Shown: positions 45,701 to 50,548 of the stretch, piece after piece
How the letters are laid out: every line of letters starts with the position of its first letter
Numbering within the stretch: position 1 is the stretch's first letter
Notes under the pieces: generated by a model
Told to the model about the DNA's origin: nothing
Database searches by the model: none
What the model saw: only the letters and a program-made list of their open reading frames with translations
Made by a program: the position numbers and the translations under genes
IMG/VR virus record: IMGVR_UViG_3300048672_000029
Span: 1 to 50,548 of that record
Direction: 5' to 3' (one strand)
DNA: 50,548 bases
From: a virus
Taxonomy: Duplodnaviria; Caudoviricetes

Positions 45701-47429
45701 TACGCTTAGTGATGAGTTGTTCAAACTCCTCAATATCGTTACTTGTAATTTCATGAGAAGTAGAGACACGAATCTTATAGCTCCCTTCCACACCTTGCGA
45801 TTCAGCAAGAGTAGTAGGAACATAATCCAGCCCATCTTTACGCATCAGCGTAATGTCTTCATCCTTAATACCATACTTACGTAGAGCATATTTAGCTTGC
45901 TCTATTGCATCAGTAGCGGTGAGGAAACCTCCCTCGCTAGTGCCATATAACACATCCACCTTAACTCTATTACCAAGAATCGAAACACCTGTCTCAGCAT
46001 CATTAGCAACTAAGCCTTCAGCAGCTTTGAAATCATTAACCACTAAAGCTCTAGCTTGAGCCTTCTCACCTTGCGTAAAAGTAATTGCTCCAGTGTCAGT
46101 AAGATTGTCTATAACCTCTTGAGATACACCAAGCTCTTTACGAAGATTCCTATCTACGTCCACAACCTTAGCTGTAACAGCTCCAGTTTCTGTGGCTGCT
46201 TGTGGCATAATATCGTTTACAATTGCTTGCTCACGAGATGCTCCATGTAGAGCACCAGCCACTTCACCTGATTGATCTTTTACTACTGCTTCGTGAATAC
46301 CTCTAGCTTTTTCTGGATTAGCTTGAGCTACAACATTAGCAGGAGCTGCAGGATTCTCTAGACGAATAGGAGAATTCATTTCTATTCGTTTAATTCCATC
46401 TTCTAGCTTCTTGTAAGGAGGGTTAACTCTATCGTCTACAAGCTCCCATTTAGCAGGATGAACAATCTCATCTATGCCTTTAGAAGCCCCTCCAGAGGCT
46501 CTAGGAACGGCTTTAGTACCACGTACTATCTGCCCTATACCTACAGCATCTAAAATCGGTGAGAGATTATCTATCCACTTCTCTCCGCTAGAATATCCAC
46601 CTTCTTCAAATATCTTCTTAATCAAATCGGCTTGAGCAAATTGATTATCGTTGCTAAATAGAATGCCATTAGACTTGCTAATGCCTTCTAGAATTGTCTT
46701 AGCAACATGCACTCTCTGATCTGCAGGAATGTTGTTCAAGCTGTCTTTCAGCTTTTGTGTTGCACTTCCTGAAGATGCTAAATTCTTTAATGTTTCCCAA
46801 AAGCTTAAAGGCTTGCCTTGTGCTGCAGCAATCCCTTCAGAAGCTTTCGATACATTTATTGCATTGGCAAAAGGCATGCCAATCATGGCTGCGGCATTAA
46901 GCCCTTGCCCTTCACTATCCAAGCTTGCTACATAAGCATTAACTAAACCCTGTACTGCATTCCTAGATTCGTAGATTTTACGAATAGAATCAGCAGAAGA
47001 GATACGAGCAGCTTCTTGATATTGATTTTCACCTTTGCTCCCAGCAGCTAAACTTTGTGAATGTAAAAGAGAAGAAGAATCTTTTAAATACCTAGAAGAC
47101 TTCAAGCCTTCGGCTGCTTTCCTCTTATCTTCTATAGAGATGTTCTTATCTCCTAGAATAGACATAAGCCCTTCCATATCTAATTTGGAAGCTGCTTTAT
47201 CTACGTTCTCTTTTTGCATCTCGAAGGAGGCAGGGTTGTTCTCCTGCCCATCCTTCATAAGCACTTGATAAGTGCCAACAGGATCATCCGACATCATAGA
47301 GGCAGTAGCTGCCCTATTCCGTATAGACCCTGCAGGGATTAAGGACGGAGCTAGAGGCGTTCCAACAATTTCATGAAGCTCTACAGGAGCTGTTTGAGCA
47401 CCAAAGCTCTCGTCTAAAAAATCCACCAT
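42741..47429 (-). CDS. Large internal virion (ejection) protein, 1562 aa
   Basis: Size and position analogous to T7 gp16-type core proteins. Confidence 0.75.
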   Translation of the reverse strand: MVDFLDESFGAQTAPVELHEIVGTPLAPSLIPAGSIRNRAATASMMSDDPVGTYQVLMKDGQENNPASFEMQKENVDKAASKLDMEGLMSILGDKNISIEDKRKAAEGLKSSRYLKDSSSLLHSQSLAAGSKGENQYQEAARISSADSIRKIYESRNAVQGLVNAYVASLDSEGQGLNAAAMIGMPFANAINVSKASEGIAAAQGKPLSFWETLKNLASSGSATQKLKDSLNNIPADQRVHVAKTILEGISKSNGILFSNDNQFAQADLIKKIFEEGGYSSGEKWIDNLSPILDAVGIGQIVRGTKAVPRASGGASKGIDEIVHPAKWELVDDRVNPPYKKLEDGIKRIEMNSPIRLENPAAPANVVAQANPEKARGIHEAVVKDQSGEVAGALHGASREQAIVNDIMPQAATETGAVTAKVVDVDRNLRKELGVSQEVIDNLTDTGAITFTQGEKAQARALVVNDFKAAEGLVANDAETGVSILGNRVKVDVLYGTSEGGFLTATDAIEQAKYALRKYGIKDEDITLMRKDGLDYVPTTLAESQGVEGSYKIRVSTSHEITSNDIEEFEQLITKRNVTDSFSATITERSGSLARNLMDAASMLDPKITGAASVATDHISRFEKLLLTKVEDFTNRFVKFPKDRQEAITRYLQEANANGIKFDPNALTLRFNAEEIESIRVFRDFWNTHYYLENADVVKTLNANGFQMFKNANTELYAKPIVKNTNIGWFYDPAIDDVIRHGKGEADILYAAGGTYARLRRPIEVNGIEVEHMIVRNTPNEYLRGFRDSDMVLPYREGYFQTQYKKNAQFIDEVSTLPNGSKKIRTIAVAKDTAEAQHFADSLARNTGKEYVVRGDVNGMRRGTNEWWDVNSASGRIAQRRRGKVLEDASGMNHLGDGSYIVSPVESAERAAKSISGRIVTRPMLEGAKARFVRQFDNVIPANAYGGKTFPSSANQLGGKGRFTDKELRDARSNFEYIKYLENGYINSMDETLKQLLNLTASIAGKASVNAKVGGSVLSAVERGALQMSDKSLTGALKSSVYTTTIVSNVLRQWVVQPHQFLRTIAYNPTGWASGSIFDLVGGYITGVMNPGMRLSAKHQAFNDFIERSGLVASVDKSNLIRGTLLDAADKSNKVMTTLTKYTTVPMRKYGFDAGESFNIVGHAAAVYDRKLREGVNVLDPSVRDAIHSETRAISGEMNFAGDMPYNQTTPAVLVNFLQVPHKMALQYSNRRIDGMDRVRMFLADSILWGTPTAAIIAAALGTDVLPDDKFWRETLVDGLESSLLNHTLSVLAGKDVNLDFSAMAPYDITGWSKIFGAVFTQGGMMQAVLNSPSGQLFLKDGGRLPNALGAAARYFGLKDSPDDTTETGLAVLKETAKIFSGASNMFKAQMILETGKIWDKNGLLIEQGLTNYEAVAQMFGIPTKKPRELFELTDKWRTEEKKHRDTVLSDYNLMKRYLTEQLDDDNTNPEWAIKISGMVMKAYANDPVGQRIILGEFEKDMMGRDNALSSAIMKRMQLPTIGSLRDDIRKAPIADDQKALALSIVDDFEKAMKDNKEMKDK

Positions 47430-47437
47430 TCTATTCC

Positions 47438-47998
47438 TTAATTATCACCACGTTGGTTGTAATCTACACCAGACCAATTAGTAGTAGGAGTTGAAGCAGT
47501 AGAACCACTGCTACCAAAGATACTCTTAGTACCTCCAGCTTCTCTGAACATACTTGTAGAAATTCCAAATATTTGATCTTGGAATTGAGCATCACTACGT
47601 AGGTTGTCAGCTCTTCCAATGAAGTCAGCAGCATTCTGAGCAAATTGTCCAGTACGTTCTGCTGTAGCAATACTTCCTAAGTTTCTACCAATACCGACAT
47701 CTAGGTTAGTATCTAGAACACCTAGAGCACCTTGCTCACCAGAGCTACCTACTACTCCAGAATTGCTAGACATTTGTAATACACGAGCACGTTTGATACG
47801 CTCTTCTCTTACTTGCTGTCTACGTTCTGCCATAGCTGCTGCAGCATTGCTAGCCTTCTGTTCACCAGCTATTTTAGTCTGTTCATCTCTAGCTCTATTA
47901 GCTGCTTCATTAGCTTTATTCCTATCATCTACCCCCTGAACAAAACTAGCTACACTTAGGCCAGCAGTGATATAAGGGAGGGCTGCTGCTACAGGCAT
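47438..47998 (-). CDS. Internal virion protein (gp14-like)
   Basis: Hydrophobic Ala-rich N-terminus, coiled coil, SGVVGSS segment; follows the nozzle and a small gene. Confidence 0.7.
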   Translation of the reverse strand: MPVAAALPYITAGLSVASFVQGVDDRNKANEAANRARDEQTKIAGEQKASNAAAAMAERRQQVREERIKRARVLQMSSNSGVVGSSGEQGALGVLDTNLDVGIGRNLGSIATAERTGQFAQNAADFIGRADNLRSDAQFQDQIFGISTSMFREAGGTKSIFGSSGSTASTPTTNWSGVDYNQRGDN

Positions 47999-48270
47999 TC
48001 ATACACCTCGTAATTTAGTCCATCCATATTAATATCTCCCATTTTTCTACCACCAAAAGCTTTAACAAGTTTAGGTTGTCTTGTATAGGTGATGATTCTT
48101 GTAACACCTACAGCTTGCATTTCTTCTATAAACTTAGCAAACTCTCGGATTGCTGTCTTGAACACCGAGAGTTTCCATTGCTTCACTTCACAATGTATGA
48201 TAGCAATCTTATCTACTAGATCGTATTTAAATACTATATTACCATCATCGTAGTAATCTACTCTATACAT
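47989..48270 (-). CDS. Small protein, 93 aa (gp13/GNAT-like position)
   Basis: Between nozzle and internal proteins; KLVKAFGG resembles a GNAT C-terminal motif. Confidence 0.55.
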   Translation of the reverse strand: MYRVDYYDDGNIVFKYDLVDKIAIIHCEVKQWKLSVFKTAIREFAKFIEEMQAVGVTRIITYTRQPKLVKAFGGRKMGDINMDGLNYEVYECL

Positions 48271-50421
48271 CAGAATTACCTTTTAGAGAGATGCTCCAAC
48301 CTATGATACGACAATCTTTAAAAGCTTCAGTCTCTAGATATAACGCTAATGTTTTTCCCCTACCTCTAACTTTGTTCTTGCTAGAGATAATAGAAAAGCC
48401 ATTATCATAATCATCATTAACATCTTCAATATACAGAGCACGTCTGTATCTGTATACTTGAACTAATGGAGACCATTTCTTAGAAGCTATGCTATTAGCA
48501 AAATCCCATTGCATACGCATTAGGCAGCTAGACTGTTTATTAGGAATAAGCTCTTCTGTAACGCCTTGTTCAGTACGCCTAAAGAACATATTCAAGTAAG
48601 GCACTTGCTTAGCTACTGGAGTGTCTCCAGCATTCTGTTGACCAGTAAGCAAATAGGCTTTAGCATCAACACCTACACCATCTACACCTTTGAAGTCTCT
48701 AAACTCAAAATTATTGTATAAACCAAAAGTGATGTAAGATTGTCCACCATTAGCAAGTAGCAGTACATATCTCATAGACTGTACACCAGAATCTCTTACA
48801 GTTTCGTTGGTAACAACTTGGAATGCATCAGCATATACAGGATCAGTACCTACGTATACAGGGGAGTCTGATCGACCTCGGTTATAAGGTTTACCCGGAA
48901 ATAGTCCTACAACTTGAATAGTATTTATAGGAAGATTTCCTATATTATTCTGGTAAAAAGCCTGAATAATGGTATCTAGTACAAGCTCTTTAGTTACGGA
49001 AGTTAAACTATCGAATCTAACACCTGATTTGTAAATCCATCTAATCTTTTTAGCAATAGGGTCGTAAGAGCCTACAGCCTCTTCTTTAGAAGATTGAGGA
49101 ATAGTTTCGTACAGCTTCTGTATAGTTGTCTGAGTTAGATTGTTGACTACTAGATCACCAGTTTGATTCTTGGCAACTACATAAATACCATCTAAAGCCC
49201 AGAAGAATATTCTATCTGATTCCAATACGATAGATTTAGGAGCAATACCACCGAAGATAGAAAGCTGCTTAATCTTATAATTCGTAGCTGTAAATCCATA
49301 ATCAGCTCCTCCAGATACAGACCATACACCATTAGAAGCAATAACAATCAAAGAACTATCTAATACAGCCATTCCTAGAATATTCTTAGCTCCAGCTATT
49401 CGTACAAAACCACCATCTGTATCTACAATATCTGGGTTGTCTCTCGAAGAAGGATCACCTTCTTGGTAGCATTTTATCAAATCTCCTTTATTCTTAACAA
49501 GTTGTGAGAAGAATAAGAAATTGGAGAAATCAGGACTACGTGAGTCTTTATCGAACACTTCCCCATTAAAACCAGAATACCAAATACGTCCTGCAAAATT
49601 GCAAATAGTCTTAGCTCCACCTTCTGTTTTATCAGCAGGAAGAGTGATGGAAGAGAGAAGTCCAGTAGTGAACTTGCTTTTATTATTTAGGAATACAGTT
49701 GTACGCGATGCTCCTCTATCTAAAGCATCTATAATGTAATAACCTTTAGCCGAATACTCTCTACTACCTAAAGTTTCTGTATAGAGGTTAGTATACATTC
49801 TTTCAAATGTTACACCAGCAGTGACTGGCTGAAATTGTAATCCAGGCCAAACAGATTCAGAAGAGCTAGGAACTAATGCTAAATCTGTCATGTACTTTTG
49901 TACAGGGTCTACTAGCGTACCACCAGAATCTTTCCTAGGAATTCCCCAAGATTGATTTTGAAGATTATAATAATGTCTATCTGGAAGTCCTAAATTAGCT
50001 CTATATGTTGGATCAGTTTCGTATAAAGGTTGATCTTGAACCTGTACACCCCATAAATCTCTTACTAGAATCCGTTTATATTCTACAGAAAAAGTTCCAA
50101 GCTGATATGTTATAATAGCAATGTCAGGAACACCTCCTGCAACTATTAAACTTCGTTCTAATGAGGAAAAAGAAAATATGGTGTTAGAAGGGAAACTAGA
50201 AAGAGTTAACGATCCTAAATACCCTGAACCAGATATTGAATCTGCTAAAGCGTCATAGAATTTTAATTCTTTTTCTGATTGAATAACTAAAATATCTTTA
50301 TCTGTAGTACCGTTAGCACTAACCCAAATATAGCTAGAAATCTTAGCAGTGTTAATCAGAGTTATGTCAAACGTATTTAAGGATGTATTAGCATCCTCTT
50401 CATAATCCAGACCAAGCCTGC
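48263..50421 (-). CDS. Tail tubular protein B / nozzle, 3' part
   Basis: Open frame from the junction; FAGRIWYSG, CYQEGDP, VRGRGK motifs; true start at 139. Confidence 0.85.
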
Positions 50422-50548
50422 GATCACGGGTGCCATCCCTATTAAGTTCAAAATTCTCTTCGTCTATCGAAGCATTAGCTGGATAGTTTAAAGGGCTGGC
50501 TTCAGTAATTAACCCTTTAATAAAGTTATTTACTTCCGCCCGAGTCGC
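50422..50548. repeat. Second copy of the 127-bp overlap
   Basis: Identical to 1-127. Confidence 0.95.

Noticed and set aside
42741-47429. 1562-aa protein as a virion RNA polymerase
   Set aside because: No polymerase catalytic motifs recognised, and it is far shorter than N4 vRNAP; an HHpred search would settle it.

Overview
The window is an apparently complete, circularly permuted genome of a lytic podovirus. The unique length is 50,421 bp; positions 1-127 recur at 50422-50548, as expected of a k=127 assembly overlap. Gene content and order resemble Zobellviridae-type phages (PA11/CVT22/ICP2-like). It has a T7-type primase-helicase, family A DNA polymerase, SSB and exonuclease but no phage RNA polymerase, and instead encodes an ECF-like sigma factor. 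The + strand arm (about 12.9-36.6 kb) holds early genes, 3 tRNAs, a peptide/amide-ligase cluster and replication and nucleotide-metabolism genes. The - strand arm runs from about 11.5 kb leftward through the window junction to 36.7 kb and holds tail fibre, lysis, packaging, head, tail and internal virion genes. The two arms converge on a bidirectional terminator. Main observations from the raw sequence: (1) a bipartite motif GTCGA-N17-GATA in four regulatory positions, a candidate promoter for the phage sigma factor; (2) GNA-triloop/tandem-GA mini-hairpins downstream of the minus-strand copies, plus a CTTAAG array; (3) three sigma54-type -24/-12 sites, a Fur-like box and boxA-like signals in the non-coding control region; (4) an 864-nt group I intron with an HNH ORF splitting class II ribonucleotide reductase; (5) an inferred AUU start for the Ntn glutamine amidotransferase; (6) paired substitutions in DNA polymerase motifs A and B. 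Protein calls come from motif recognition by eye; no database searches were run.
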